A stretch of DNA of 64,000 nt from Trichoplax sp. H2. Lineage: Eukaryota. Positions 1 through 16,200 of the stretch are shown here, one piece after another (position 1 is the stretch's first letter; each line of letters starts with the position of its first letter). The stretch covers positions 62,001 through 126,000 of the forward strand of contig NOWV01000173.1 of the NCBI GenBank assembly GCA_003344405.1, read 5' to 3'. The notes beneath the pieces were generated by a model that had not been told where the DNA came from, searched no databases, and saw nothing but the letters and a program-made list of their open reading frames with translations. The position numbers and the translations under genes are program-made.

Positions 1-1224
1 TGCCCTCATTTCTTATAATGGGTTGCTATGTTAAGGCGAGCTCTTTGCCATGGCCTTATACTTAAAGCTAAGCTAGGTGATTAGGGCTATTAATAATTAT
101 TGTTTCAAGAAGATTTATGACAATCATTCACGTGAGTTTAACTACATTGCGGTGCTTTTATTAGAATGGTTAAAATTTCGCTTACTAGAGATATATCAAG
201 AAAATCTATAACCTATTAAGGTGATCATACCCGATTTTGCTGTTTAGTTTGTTCTCAACAGTTTGCTTTACTAAATCCTGACTATAATTGCAAACTATAT
301 GTATAAATCCATCCATAATTTCTTTCAACTGATTCATTCTAAATCATGCTAAATGAAATTGATTAATTGATCTCATACAGCTTCTATCAGTTTCATTCTC
401 TAATCGAATCGAAAATGGAAAATTAAAGATATAACCGAAAATATTTCTCAGTTACTGTTTATAATAACAACAATTGACTGCTGGCAGAGTAGAAAATGTA
501 GCATTCAACATGTTTTGATAAATTTAGATACATAATAATGGGATAATTATTGTCATAAATTTTATTAAAAATATACCGTTAAAACCCCTGCCGGTAAGTG
601 ATACTGTAATATGCAACGCCGAGTAATATATTAATTTTTATAAATTATTCTGTTATGTATTGAAATATTCACATAATAAACTTTTCCATTTATATCCTTT
701 TTCTCGACGGCTCCAGTATCTCGGTTCCCTCTGTGTTAGTCAATACTAAATACTATAAGGCCATCAGCTTAGGCGGTTGCGGGTTTAATAAATTAATTTA
801 GCCATTATTCATATACTATAGAATATCGTAACTCTATTAATTCCGTTATTATCTTCTGGCCAATAAGAGCGCTGTAATGGCTTAAAGTTACGCCCATTCC
901 TTAAGCGATTACTATTTCTGTATTTATAATGATATGAGCCTTCTTCCGTTAATATTTTAGTGTGACAATCATCTGACCTGACTACATTGTAGCTAAAGTA
1001 CTTCTCTACTTAGTATACTAAAGTCTAGAAATTATGAACAAAATTGTCCCAGTTGGTGCTAGAAGTATTAAAGTACAGTCATTTAAAAGCATTTTCTAAT
1101 CGATTGGTAATGATATCAACAGATGTAAAACATACCTTAATCTTTTGCTTGATTTCCTTATAAGATCGTTGCAAATTTTGAGACGGATCTATTGTAGTAA
1201 AATGTCATTCAAGATATTTGAGTC

Positions 1225-4200
1225 ATGATTTTCTACTGCAAAATTAACGTACTTGTGCTGGTAAGTTATTCAAATAAGTACTACCAATCTTTTACTCTTA
1301 ATATATAAATTAGATTTTTAATGACTAGTATTGAATGATGTTTATGCTATCATCCAAAATAGAATATTAACATTCAAGATTGAGTATTTCAGTTTTACGT
1401 TATAATAAGTTTGATCTAAAGTTTCATCAGTTAGTACTAAATATAAGCCCTTCACTAGATTATAAGAGTCATAACACGATAGTATGGAGTAAAGGATTGA
1501 TATTACATGCTTTAAGTAACTAACTGCAGTTTATACAGCCGTAATTAGAACTTAAACGATTTTACTATTTGCCAGTAGATGAAACTTTACGATAGTTGTT
1601 CCGGTGTATAAATATGAGTAGTTACAGCAGTTTTCTTAGCCACCGTTAGTGCAGCTATTGAACAGACTATGTCGTAGGAAACGATCATAAGTCTATTTAT
1701 GTTCTGTCTATTTGATTAATCGATGATTGCTAGTATACAGACAATATCAGTTATATAACGTAAAATACTTATGATCAAAAATACTTTAATATAATCTACT
1801 CTATGCACCATGAAGGTAGTTTTTCTCTAGTCTTGATCCTTCTATCATTAAATAGCTATTAACAATTTACTCTATTGAAGGCATAAAACGTGTAATGTGA
1901 TTAACGCTACTCAAATTTTTTTATTACAGCCTTGGATTTAATGATGCCATAGCTTTAATAAATTTCTAAATCAAATCTTCCTTGCAGGTCTCGGTTCTAT
2001 GCTTTATCCATTTAACAAGCAATACTAATATAGCCTTGAGTAAGTGCAACTTCAATCAAATACTTTAATTTTGTCATTATTTTAAACCTTACCTACGTCA
2101 GATCATGATTGCAGTATTATGGCTTTAAAGCTCTTTATTCTTAATGTAATAATATAGCTACAAATTAGAAATCATTACATAAAACTGCATCTTTAGCTAG
2201 TATCTTTATATTACGCACACACAATTGGTAAAGGTTACAAATAGAAAGATCTCAGCAGGACCCGAAACCAATTATTATATCAGATTTTATTCACTAAATA
2301 AGCTAGTTTCTAGTAGCTAATTGAAAACAATATTTATTACATATAGAAAGCATTACGAAAGTGTTATGGGTTAAATTACTTTAGTAAAAGAACTATGGGA
2401 TTGCACAAACTTGTCAAGCTATGAATTTCGCCTGTAATTTGTGTAACGTTCTTAGCCCATAACTTTATATTTGATCGCAGCATTGCCCATTCTAAAAACG
2501 ATGTCTCTCCTTGATATTACATCCTTTAGCTAATTCGCAATCGTGCAATGGTAATCCTTGCATGCAAGGTGTCTGTTATAATATTCAAGGCGCTGTAAAA
2601 TGTTTGTGCTATTATGGATTTACGGGACAATCATGCCAAACAGGTAAGTGGCATTGTGCAACTGAAATAGGGTATTTCGCATTCATTAGATCTGAGCAAA
2701 ATCTCCTTCTTGATAGGATAGCTTATATTCTACACGTGTACTAACTAGTAAAGATTTCCTTTAGTGTCTTTAATTTAGTTGAGACAATTGAATTTAAATG
2801 AGAAATATTTTGAAAGCCTGACTTAATTACAGCATAATTACAACATAAAGAAATAGTCGTTGACGTCTACGAGAAGTTTAATTAAACCGAGAAAACAACT
2901 TACGCAGTTTTGGGTTTACTTATGTTGTTATGGAATCTAAATGCAACAATTTAGCAATATTTTCTAGAAAATTTTAGCTAATCTCAGCGTTACAGTCGTC
3001 GTATATCCCAATACTTTCTATTATCCAACCATTACTTTAATGGGATGTGATGAATTACATTGATCATTTAAGAGCACATAAACTGAGATGGCTTATCATA
3101 TCTACAGCTTTAGACGGATCAAGTTACCCCTGTAGCAGCAACCCCTGTCATATTGGTAAATGTGTAACTGTTTACCAAACTTCTACCGGACTATCTTATA
3201 TCTGCATGTGTCCAAACACCACTATAAATCAAGAATGTTATAATACAGCAGCAAACAGACCAAGTAAGAAGCAGTTTGTTGTACAATCTACATGTCGAAT
3301 CTACTATAAGCATTCTTTAATTTTCTATGCAGGTCTTTCAAGACCTTCCTATATCTAGTCATATTTTTTACTATCATAGATTTAATATTAATTGATGTAA
3401 CATATTTTTAGCTCAAAGTTGTTCAGGAGGTTGTTTTAATAACCGATGTAAGAATAATGCTATCTGCTATGGCTATTATGCGTATAATGCTTATTACTGT
3501 AAATGTCCGTACGGAACAACTGGAAAGAACTGTGAACAAACTTGTAAGTTGATACAAGAATTCTTTTATAGCAAAGAAAGCTGCAATTAAAATTTTCATT
3601 CCAGTAATTGCTAACACTAATAATAAGAGAAAGAATTTGCAATATAAAACAAAACTTTTATCAAAATTAGTTACCAAAAAAAATCAAAGAAATTTAAAAG
3701 AAATAGTAGTAAATTGAACGATACTGATTGCCAAATTCTCCTTCAGATATTCCTCCATGTTCGACCGTAAACTATTGTCAAAATAACGGAAATTGCACCA
3801 CTAACTTCAATGGTCAAGAATATAAATGTTTATGTCAATACCCTTTCACTGGCAGAAGATGTGAAATCGGTAAGATTGAATTTTAAATAATATCAAGAAA
3901 TTTACGCTGAAATTATGTGAATCGTAAGGACAAAATGAACTGAATTTTATTCTTCTATTAGAATTAGCATGTGCTTCTTCACCATGCCAAAATAATAATT
4001 CATGTACAAACATAAACGATGGCCAGTCTTACCAATGTCACTGCAGCAACAAATTTACTGGAAAAAATTGTCAAATACGTAAGTAGTTATACAATGATAA
4101 AGTACGCCAGTGAACACTATAAACCTCTGATATCATTGATATTATCATTCGGCAAATCCTGATTCGCTATTGTAAAAAATCAAATTTTACAATGTTAGAG

Positions 4201-7200
4201 CCATATATTACAGTAATTAAACATTTCTTCATACCATAAATGAAAGATTTGTAAGAATACAACAATTCCTTATTCAGTTACGTGTGTTATATTGATAGTA
4301 TCTATTTTATGAATACTGTCGCTATAAAGCTGCTCTAGAAGAGTTCAAAATATTTCCTTGCAGTTTTGTAAATATTTCAGTATGTTCAATCATAATGTTT
4401 GTATATTTTATTTCTCAAAAATGACATGATTGATTTATAGGTGACTATTGCAATTCCAATCCATGCCAAAATAAAGGAATATGTTCTAATTCTCCCAATA
4501 ACTATACTTGTCAGTGTGTATACCCTTTCGGAGGTTCCAGCTGTCAAATTCGTAAGTTTCCATTACATAAGGGTCTTCTAATATCTAAGTAAAAGTGCTT
4601 CTGACGTTATCCTGATTTTTACCAGTTTTAATGACGGTCAAACTGATAGCTATCAATTTGATCATAATTATCTCTAATGAAACTATTAGATTTCTTACAT
4701 TTTCTTCATAACCATAAACTGCTTTATTTGCTCCATCGATGAAAGTCAAATGTTCTTAGTTTATAATAGCAGCCATTGTAACATATTCTCGACTGGTAGC
4801 ATAAACATAAATTATAATATTATGACCATACAGGCAATCCACAAGTAGGAGATGTTCGCCTATTAACCGAAAATGAAACGAATGCTGGTGAGCTGCAAGT
4901 ATACATTAACAAAGATTGGGGATATGTTTGCTTTAATGATGTCTTGGCAGGAAATCTAGCTGATGTTGTTTGTCACCAGTTGGGTTATAACAGAGCAGAA
5001 TACTTTACTGAAGTACAAAATCCAGGCCCATACTTACTTCCGTCTTTACAATGTAATACTACATTATCTACCTTGTTTGAGTGTAATGGAAATATTGATT
5101 TTGGAACAAATTTTAACTGTTCTACATCCGCTAGATACTTTATAAGATGTGAAGGTAAGAATTTTCTTTCCGTAATGATAGCACGTTCATTTTTTTAAAT
5201 TCATTAACTATAACCAGGCTCATCCTACAATGATGGCATTTATTTATAAATATTCGAACTTATTGCTCACATCGAAGTATTTGCGCTATTATTTTAACCT
5301 TACGACACCTTTACTTTCTTGCCATAGCTGCATCAAATCACTGTGTCCCAAGTGGAAATAATATTTGTACACAGCAAAATAAAATTTGCAAGGCCTTAAA
5401 CTCTGGCTTCGTATGCACGTGTCGGGAAGGTTATACTGGTGTGAATTGTAAAACTCCAATCAGTACGTTAAATACTCATAGCAATATGATGTAGCTTGTA
5501 TGAATCTTCATTTCATATAATTCATTTGTAAAGAAACTGTAATTATATATTACGCAAATATTTCAGGTTCTATTAGACACATTATCGAATTAGTATTGTC
5601 ACATTAATTTTTTATAGCTGCTAATGATTACGATTGTAAACTCCTTAGAAAGAGACTCTGGTATACCTTGCACTATGCTCAAAATTTGCTTCATAAAATT
5701 GAGCTAATAATATTCTATGTGAGCTTTGAATTAGATATAAAATTAAGTCATGCAATATCATTTTTATTACAGTATCACCATGGAAAGATGGAACAATTCG
5801 CATATACGACTATGAGCATGAAATTAAATCTACAGAATTAAGTTATCGAGCTGTTGGAGCCTTAGAGATTTTTCACTTAGGTGTTTGGGGTAGCATAAGC
5901 GCTAATAATCCATCGGTTGTTGCTGACATTGCATGTCGTCAATTAGGATATACTGTTGGCTATCAGCGACATCATATAGAGAATTCTAGTCCATCCCCGT
6001 TCATAAAGTATTGGATCAATAATATTTATTGTAAAGGAGCAGAAACTACCATTCGACAATGCTTTTTTCAATTCGGAACAAATACGACGATGCCTAAGGC
6101 CCGTTACGACGTAAAATGTTTTAGTAAGTTATGGACGCACACAAATTGAAATGATATTCGTCAATTATTTCGACTATAAGCAAGCTGTATTTTAAATTTC
6201 CTTTGGCCTATAATTCTGTATGTAGATGTAACCTGTAATCCAAATACTTGCCAAAATAATGCTACATGTACTAGTACAAAGCTGGTAGTAAATGGTTTAG
6301 TTTCTGAAAAAGATGAATGTAAATGTACTTTTGGATACTATGGTGATGTTTGCCAACATATTGATTTTTGTGCGACGCTGAAACCATGTCAAAATCAAGG
6401 TCAATGCGCTCTAGTAGCCTTCACATCTTACGATTGTCGATGTCCAAATTACTTTTTCGGAAGGCATTGCCAAATTGGTAATTAGCTTTTAACTATTTAT
6501 TGGAATGTCAATAAGATCATTATTTACAGATTTTCGCTACAATGAAGTTAATTTTATGCTAAGACTATTTATAACATTAACAGGAAAATTGTCCAATGGA
6601 TCTTCACTTATCATCAACGGTAGTATTAATAGCAATGCAATCAATTTCGGACGAATCGATGTAGTTATTGGAAGGAGCGAAATAGTACCATTATGTAGCA
6701 ATAAATTTACTATAAACGATGCTCATGTAATTTGCCAACATGCTGGATATGCAGGAGCTGTTAGCAAAATTGATGGTAGTATTTTTGGAAAAGATAAAGT
6801 TAAATACGGTTTGGCTAATATGAAATGTACTGGCTTTGAAAAATCTCTTTCCCAATGTTCGGGATACAATTCCTATGTTACGAACTGTAATAACAGCTAT
6901 GCAGGAGTAATTTGCTCAAGTAAGCAACATTCTATATCTTTTACGGAATATTTTAATGACGGTAGATCATGTTATAAGAAGTTAAAAACGCCATAGTTTT
7001 TAATCATATATCATCTATGTCCATTAGTGTATATCATACCGAAACGCAAAAGATACCGTTTATTGTAAAAGTGTCTATGTTACTAATAATTGCCATCCGA
7101 ATTAAATGGTATCTTACAATTTAATTTTATCATTTTATAAACAGCTAATAAGCCTTGCACATCAAATCCTTGCCAAAATGGTGGTACCTGTATAAATATG

Positions 7201-10200
7201 TTTTTTGGATTTCAATGCAAATGCGGTATTAATTACTTTGGAAGAACATGTGTTAGTGGTAAGTTAATTTCATTTGTATAAGCTACCATTCGACACGATG
7301 GCAACACTATATTATTTCTTTTATTAATTAATTAATTTTATGCGATCTATATGTTTTGCATCATCGTTTATGTTGATACTGCCGAAAATTCGCTAAAACT
7401 TTATAGCGAAACTACTTCTTGAAAAGAAGAGATAATCCTCAGTATCATACTCAATTTCGAATTATATTGCTATTGCAGTTTCAGAAGCTTCTGGGTCAAT
7501 AAGACTTGTCGGACAGTCAGAAAATAGTATGCAAGGACGACCTCAAATATTTATCAATAACTTATGGATCAATATTTGTACGCCAATCAATGCTTATCAT
7601 AATATGCGTGCTATCTGTTCGAAAATGGGCTACATCTTTGCTACAGCTAGTAAAGCGGACACACAAAATTATCGAGGTTCTGCATCCTACAAATTGCAAT
7701 GCAACGGAAAGGAGGCAGATATTAAAGAATGCAAGTATACTTTGGTTAAAAATTCTACGCATACCTATTGCAAACAAGACATCTTAATTACATGCACTGG
7801 TAAGCCTATGTTAAAGAAAGACATGAAATCTGCCACCTACAAAAATAGGAAGATACAAATAATCAATCTTTAATTCAAACTTTCATACAATAATCTACCA
7901 TATATTTTTACTTTCTGTCTATAAATGAATGTTGCTTGATATTGGAATACCATTGAATGCCAATTTTTTCATTTGTTACCTTAGGATATTCTAGAGATGG
8001 CGTAATAAGATTTATGGGAAATCCTGGCTTAGGCAGCTATTTCCAAATTTATTGCAACGGAATGTGGGGAAGATACTGCGGTGAAGGCAAAGAAATAGAA
8101 TCAGTGCTACGAATGGCATGCGGAGTTGCGGGATATGAAACTTTTGAAAAGTATGATTTGGATTCTATTGATCCTAAAGAACACAATTATGGCCCCATGC
8201 TTCTATGGAATGCCTTCTGTAGTACTAATGCTACCGATTTGAACCAGTGCAATAGTCTAGGATGGTACAATATTCCAGATTCTTGCAAAGCTAGCAATAA
8301 AACAGTCTACTTGACATGCAAAAGTAAGTCTATTAAATAAATTTCATCAGATGTCTCGCTTAATGCGAGTAAAGATCTGACGAGGCTCATTAAATGCCTC
8401 TTTTGGCGTTAGAAAGATCCAACTATGCTGATAAATTCACATTTTGTAGATTATAGCATTACAAGATTAGCTTCCATATGTAAATCTACTATACGTGCAT
8501 ATAGTCTATGGAGGTTTCTTAATCAATAGCTTGAAAAATTGTCAATTTTAATTCCATCATTTAATGAAGATAAACAAGAATGCTCCTTCCTACATCAACA
8601 AAACTGCTTCTATCAAAATAAACATTGTGTAGCTATGAACAGGCGTAGATTTTGTGTGTGCTCGCCAGGCTACACGGGCGAAAATTGCGAAACACTCTAC
8701 AGTAAGAATCTATAGCTATTCCTTAAAATTAATTCTAAACATAGATGAAAATAAGCCAACTTTTAAATACATTTAATAGTGAAATACTAAAATCAGTTAG
8801 ACTTAATGATATATGATTCCATTTCTAGTTCAACCCGTCAGTGGCACTATCAAATTTGATGTTACACAGATTTCCTTTATAACTGATTATAAAGGAGAAA
8901 TTTTAATCTTTCATAACGGTGTTTGGGGTGGATTTTGTTATGATAATTTCACGAAGCAAGTAGGGGAAGTTATATGCCGACAACTCGGTTTCCATCGCTA
9001 TGTTTGGCATACTTGCTGCTTCGGAGGAAGAGAGAGCTTTGCTAAAGTCTGGATAACTGGTATGCGCTGTTCTGGTCAAGAAAGTAATATTACACAATGT
9101 GATATTTCCTATGGTCCAGATACTTCCAAATGTCGTGGTGCAACAATTTTAACATGCGAAAGTATGTTCATAAGAAATATTTTTATATTATATCCAATTT
9201 GTTAGTATAGAGTAACATTTAATATATTAAGCCATGCAGTGGCATCTTAGCAACTTGAATCTATACACAATTTTAGACCTATACAAATTACAGTGCTCAT
9301 AACTAAGAAGTATTACAATTTTGAGACAAAATATCATATACATTTTACTAGTATAGAGTTGCAGATATTATATTTAGTAAAGTAAATGGCATCTTATGAA
9401 TCTGCCATCGGTCACTAATTATACATGAGCGACTTATAGTGCTCATAACTAAGATTAATTTCAATTTTTAAGAAAAAAATCCGAAGGATTTTAGCTGTAT
9501 TCATGGAGAGGTTGTCCATAGTGATCAAGGACGACGCTGTGATTGCGATCCTGGATACTTTGGCAAACATTGCGAGTATATGGCTTTGTGTCATTGGAAG
9601 CCATGTAAGAATAGTGGCACATGCATCGATAAGTTTAGAAATGTTTCCGATATATACAAAGCAACCTACTATGAGTGCCACTGCAGCAATCCATATTATG
9701 GAAAGCAATGTCATCTAGGTACTGCAACTGTAAATAATGCAACTAGAGGATAAATAAGATTTATTGCTATCACTTTTTCGCGATATATTACGTTTACCAC
9801 CCTATACGAAGTTGTAGAGTTATCTCTAACACTAAATTCTCGACAACGTTGGGTTTCAATGCAGTGTTAGTAATGCTAGTAGGATATTGTAAACACCTGA
9901 AGAAGTAGATCATCAATTTAAATTCTATTTGGCCATTTTCAATTAAGGTCCTGCAAAAGATGGCTCTATCAACACTGTAATACCCTATTTTCAACCCGAA
10001 CAGTATTATGCGGGGCGAATTAAAATTTACTTACAAGGTATATGGTACAGCTTTTGCAGGCAGCATTTTTCACTCAATGCAGCCAATGTGATTTGCCAGC
10101 AGCAAGGCTACGGTAAGGCAATCTCATTCTCGACTAATTATCCAATTGGCCAACCTGACGCCTTGATGACGAATCTGCGTTGTACTGGCTACGAAAGTAG

Positions 10201-13200
10201 CATATTGGAATGTTTATATAAATTAAATCCGATCAGCCAAAACGCTGCTTGCTTACCTAAAGATTATGTTGGAATTAACTGTTCCACAAGTATGTGGCAT
10301 TAGCTTAATCTTTGTTTCTTTTACAAATTTTTCGTTATAATAGCTTGTCAATTTATATAGATATATAGCAACAGCTCTATGCACTGTATATTCCGTCGAC
10401 GATCATGCCTGATTTATAAAACATATACATACTTCAACTGAAATATCTTTAATTTCATGTATTGCGATACTTTACGTATTTCTTTGATTCCACGATTGTG
10501 TAATAATTGGGCCTTCCGTTTTTATATGATATTATCAGCCTATGATAAATGTCGTGGAATACCTTGCCAAAATGGAGCTACCTGCCGAACATTCTGGTTT
10601 GGTTTTAAGTGCCAATGCCCACAGTATTACACCGGACTCTTATGCGAAACCTATATAGGTAGACCTCTGCTCTATTTATATATTACGAAAATATTTCTCA
10701 ATATTATAGCAGAGCTACCATAGTCATGTATAGTTTAGTAATTAACAGCGAGTGAAATTCTAGATGCTCTGTCATTCTAAACTTGCCTAATTAAGTGTTA
10801 ATAATAAATACTCAATGTAGGACCTGCTTTGGAGGGAGATTTGAGACTAATAAACGGAGCTACATTAAACGAAGGAAGGGTCGAAATCTTTCACAATATG
10901 AAATGGAGTACTGTATGTGGTAATACGATTACTAAACAAGAAGGCAAAGCTTTGTGTCATCAGCTAAACTTAATTTTCGAAGGATTTACTTATCATGCCG
11001 TATTTGGTAAAGGGCATGCCAGTGTTCCAATATTATCTTTAAATTGTAGCAACGATAAAACGAAAATTAAAAATTGTAATTTAAGCCCCATATCCTCTGC
11101 TGCTAGATGCAATCATAACGATGACGTTGGTATTATCTGTATAAGTAAGTCCTTGAGCTACTTAATATCTTTTTACAGCAAATTATAACAGTCGAAATTC
11201 AAATTGGATGTGGGTCGCTAGTATTTGTTTGGTAGATTAAATTTCATTGAGATTTGTGCATCATTGTAAATAGGACATAAAGAGCTTATATTTACTTTCT
11301 AATTAATCTATAAGCAAAGGCCTGTGTTCCAAATCCTTGCAGAAATGGAGCCGTTTGCTATCCTAACATATTAGATTATTACTGTCACTGTGTCAATGGT
11401 TATTCAGGAAAAAATTGCTCTGAAGGTAGTTCGGCTCTACATTAGCAACCATGAAGTTATTACAAAATTAAACTAGAAAATTCATAATATATTACTTACC
11501 AATTTAAACAATTATTAGCTGCTGAAGGAACGCTACGCTTAGTAAATGGCACAGGCTTTAACAGTGGCAACTTGGAAATATACCACGATAATGTATGGGG
11601 TGCTATTTGCAGTCGAGATTTTGCCGATGCTAGTGGCCTATCGGTCTGCCAAGAACTAGGGTTCATTAACGAGGAAAATTTCTATTGCTGTTCAGAATTT
11701 GGCCAACATAACGGTACATTTTGGTTACATAACATCAGATGTAATGATGAGGATAAGAAATTGATAGATTGCAAGTTTGATTCGTATAATACAATGTGCA
11801 GTCCTAGTCAAGTTGTGGGGCTTCGCTGTCGATGTAAGTTACTGTGTCTAGCAACTACGTATTTTGCCATCCATATCTATTGACCATGATAACTAATTAA
11901 GAAACCTATCGGAATAACGCTTGATAATTGGACTCTCTTACCTTGCTAGATGGATTTTGTGATAGTTTCCCTTGTCAAAATGGAGGACACTGTGAGTACA
12001 TTTATCATTTGGGCATACGTAAAGGAACATGCGACTGTCGTAGGGGATTTACGGGCAAATTATGTGAAAAAAGTAAGTTCTATCAATTTTTAGGACATTA
12101 GTGATCGTGATAGTAATTAAAACAGGGTACCTGGATGTACCTGGAATATAAGGTGGCTACCAGCTAATTTTTAGAACAAGATCATTTAAATTCAGCTTCA
12201 AATTATTTCAATAGCATTATAATTGAGTTTACTTGAGATTTTAAGGTCAAATGGATTATCGGTGTATTTCTTTTCTAGTTGATCATCCAAAACAAATAAC
12301 GTGTGCCGACAATCCCTGTGGACCTGGATCGACATGTTTAGATTTAGCGCTGGGTTATAAGTGCTACTGCTCGGATAGATACTACGGAAAGAATTGCAAA
12401 AAAGGTTAGCAATGTCCATAGCCTTAAATCAATGTAGCAGAATAACTGGAATTGAATTCTAACTCCTTTTGCATTCACTTAAAATTTTTACTTTGAGTAC
12501 AGTTAATTAATATCTGTAGCTATCGTAGCAAAATACGTAACGGGAATAATCCATTGCATAGCTATCTAAATGTATGACAGTATTTTGATAGAGAAGTTAA
12601 CGCTGCTAATTGCCTGGTATGGGCAATAAATTTATCATCTTCATGTAGAAATTATCAACGGTATCGTCCGGTTTTATTCGCCATATGGTGTGGATAACAT
12701 CAGATCAGGAACGGTGCAGATTTATTTCAACGGAACATGGGGCACAATATGCAGTAAATCAATTTTCAGCAGGACATCTGCTCGAGTTATATGCAAAATG
12801 TTAAATTATGAAGTGGTCCAAGATGTCAAAACGAATTCGTTCTTCGGTTCAGCACCGGGTAGAATATTATTCTGTAAGCATTAATTTTATCTCTGTTATT
12901 TGGAAATACGACTACTTTTAACAAACATTCTTTAATCTAAACTGCAGCTATCGTAAACGATAGGGTTAAAAGATATTAATAGTTAATCAATCTTATCACT
13001 TTGGCTTTCTATGCTAACGATTTTACTTTTGGGATAAAGCTAATGTTCAATGTACTGGCAATGAAACTTCCATTTTGGACTGTCAGTTAGCCTCAATTAT
13101 TCCTAAAGACTGTAATTCCAACACGCTGGTTGGAGTTACGTGCCAAAGTATACCAACCCTTTCGCTTACTTTGAATTAACACAAACTATATAACTATTTG

Positions 13201-16200
13201 AGCTTATTCTTCTTGACATCATTTAGAGAATCCTTGTTCTACATCACCAACGCCTTGTGGACTCAATGGCTTCTGCCGAATGATAGCAACTAAACCATTT
13301 TATAAGTGTCGCTGTAATTCAGGACAAGCAGGCTACAACTGCGATCGAGGTAGATCTAGATTTCAGCAATCTTTAACTAATCATTTTTAGGTCTAGCTAG
13401 CTGCTTCCAGACCTGTTAAATTAAACCTTCAATATTAGGGAATAGAACAGCTACCAAGTCAATTTTTTCTTGTCGATTTAGAATTCAATGCTTGCGATAG
13501 ACATCCATGTGCAACACAAGCTGGAGGTCGAGCAGTCTGTAAATTTGTTAATGGATTTGCTACCTGTCAATGTCCTGAAGATTATAGCGGATACAACTGT
13601 TTATTTTGTAAGTTTGCATCTTCAATTCTTCAATATTAAGGAATTTCATCTGATGCCGTCAAAAAATTCATTTAACAACCTATTGCTTTTAAAAGAAAAT
13701 ATTTAATTTGCGTTCTTTTCTCTTTATTCTAATGAAAGTAAAATGATTTCGTTATATTTCAGATTCAAGACTGATAGGGATTCGTCTGGTAGCTGGTAAT
13801 AAATATAATATAGGAACCGTAGAAATTTACAAGGGCAATAAATGGAGTAGAATTTGCTCGCAAAATTGGCAGTTCAGCCATGCACGTGTGGCATGCCGTC
13901 AGCTTGGATTTATGGATGCACAACTTCGAACCCAATGCTGCAGTAATCTGGAAGATCCATTAATATCCAAAGTCATGAGCGGGATTAACTGCACAGGGAA
14001 TGAGCCTAATCTCAATGATTGTAGCCAAAACCACGTAGAAAGTAACATTTCATCCTGCTCTAAAAGTGCAGCAATATATTGCATAGGTACACCCTTTACA
14101 TTGTAAGTTTAAAAAAGAATCCTATCAATAAAATAGTAATATTAATACTTTTTTAATAACGAACAGATAGTCCACTGGATTCCAATTTGAGCAACTTAAC
14201 TTCACTATCAGCTAGGTAAGAGCTTGGTAGAATCATTTGTTGAGTATGAAAAATTTAAATTTGCTATAGTATGGTACTCTAATACGTTTAAGAATTAATT
14301 GAACAATTTCGTGAGATTGTAAGTTAGATCATTAGCACTGATCATCATTTATGCGCCCTTCTAGCTTTCTAATACTCTTGTAATACTTTACCAAATTGCT
14401 ATAAACTTAACTTTTGTTAACTATTATGTTGGTCTCCAAATCCACGAATTTGAAATTTAGCTACAAGTGCGAATCCGGTAAGATTATACTTTCACCTACG
14501 TAGTGATAGTGTTTACTTATGATACAGCTTCATAATACTTTTTCTGTATAATATATAACAGAATAAGGGCTACTTATTTGAAAATCATTTACTAGCAAGA
14601 AGTAATTAATATCAACTGATTTGCATTTTTAGATATAAATCCTTGCTTAAGTTCACCATGCGGGCGAGTTAGTGCAACTTGTGTCAACGTACTGAAACCC
14701 TTCAGAGGATATGCCTGTCTATGCGAGAACGGATATTGGAATGGATATCAATGTGTTAACGGTAGTGTAAATTCTTCATAAACTACGTCTTTTAATTTTC
14801 AATTTGCCGTGGCTAAATGTTCTGCTCAATCATTAACCATCCACGAAGGAAGTATCCATATGATCTCTGCAACACACGTTTGATACACTTATTCACCTTT
14901 TTCATTTCAACAGATGTAGTTTTAACTACTGTTACCCTGAAAGCAAGTACAAATACAGTAGCAATTGGTCAAAGGTTATTATTAGAATGTGTTGCATACG
15001 CTATTCCATTGCCAAAAATATCATGGCTCAAAGATGGCCAAATAATAATCAATTCCTGGATTAAAGTCATAAAAAATGATACAGTATCGGTTAAAAATGG
15101 CTCCAGGTCAACCTTAGAAATTAAATCTATAACGCTCGGCGATAACGGCAATTATTCTTGCATTGCCAAAGATGAAGTCTTTGATAGGATCGTTCAGAGC
15201 AACCAAGAAGCGATAGGTCATTCTATTTTAAAATATTACAAACTTGTTGTAATTTCTATTAAATGAAAGGAAATTTTGCTTTTCCAAATGGTACCGCTAT
15301 AGTCAGTGACTATTAAACAGGTTTTCTTCAATTTCGAAATTTAGGCTTTACTTGTTCTCCCGCATACTGTTCTAATAGAGGAAATTGCACGATTACTGGT
15401 GGAAAATTTGTTTGCAGGTATACATTAATTAAACAATCCGATAGCAAAAGAGGCCTATCAATCAGATACCGTAGATTAAACAGAGTTTACAAGAAAAAAA
15501 TGTGCAATATAATCAATTTAATCGTATCTATTTTACATTCCGTTCTTTTACAGTAATTGCACCTTCGGCTATGGAGGATCCTATTGTAATACATTGCTAC
15601 CTTGTAAGTAGTGAAATAGAAGTAAAGATATTACTGCATTTCTAGTGCATGAAAGATGCCTATATCCTCGATGTGTCTATAAGCCTAACCTACTATTCTT
15701 ATTTAATATCAAAGCGCAAGTTTTATTAAAGATGAAACTTTATAATTTAGTAAAAATTTAAAATTGTAAATATATTTATTGCAGTTAATTTGTTATTTTA
15801 AAAGCATCGATATAGGCTTATATGTTTGAGGGTAGTTCTTGCTTGAATTAATAAAGTTAGCCATAGTTATTCTAGACATTAAATTTATTCATTATTTATT
15901 TTAACACATTATGCAGATGTGCCTTTAAGAAGTGCTCAACTTCAAACTAATGCAATATTGTATCGCCAATATGAATCTATCATCATACAATGCTCCATTA
16001 TTGCTTATCCCGTGCCGATTGTGCTTTGGATGAAAAATAATTCTGTGATTCGACAGGAAAATAACGTATCAATGTCTAAAATGACCAATGACAATAATTA
16101 CTACGAGTTAAAATCAACATTAATCATTCGTAGCGCTTCTATTTTGGATGCTGGTAGTTATGCATGTCATGTAAAAGATACTCATTTTAATAAAACTATA

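Noticed and set aside
8345-8420. Intronic hairpins with CTGACGA resembling a hammerhead ribozyme
   Set aside because: Stem II is not followed by GAAA, extra bases separate stem I from the core, and stem III cannot form.
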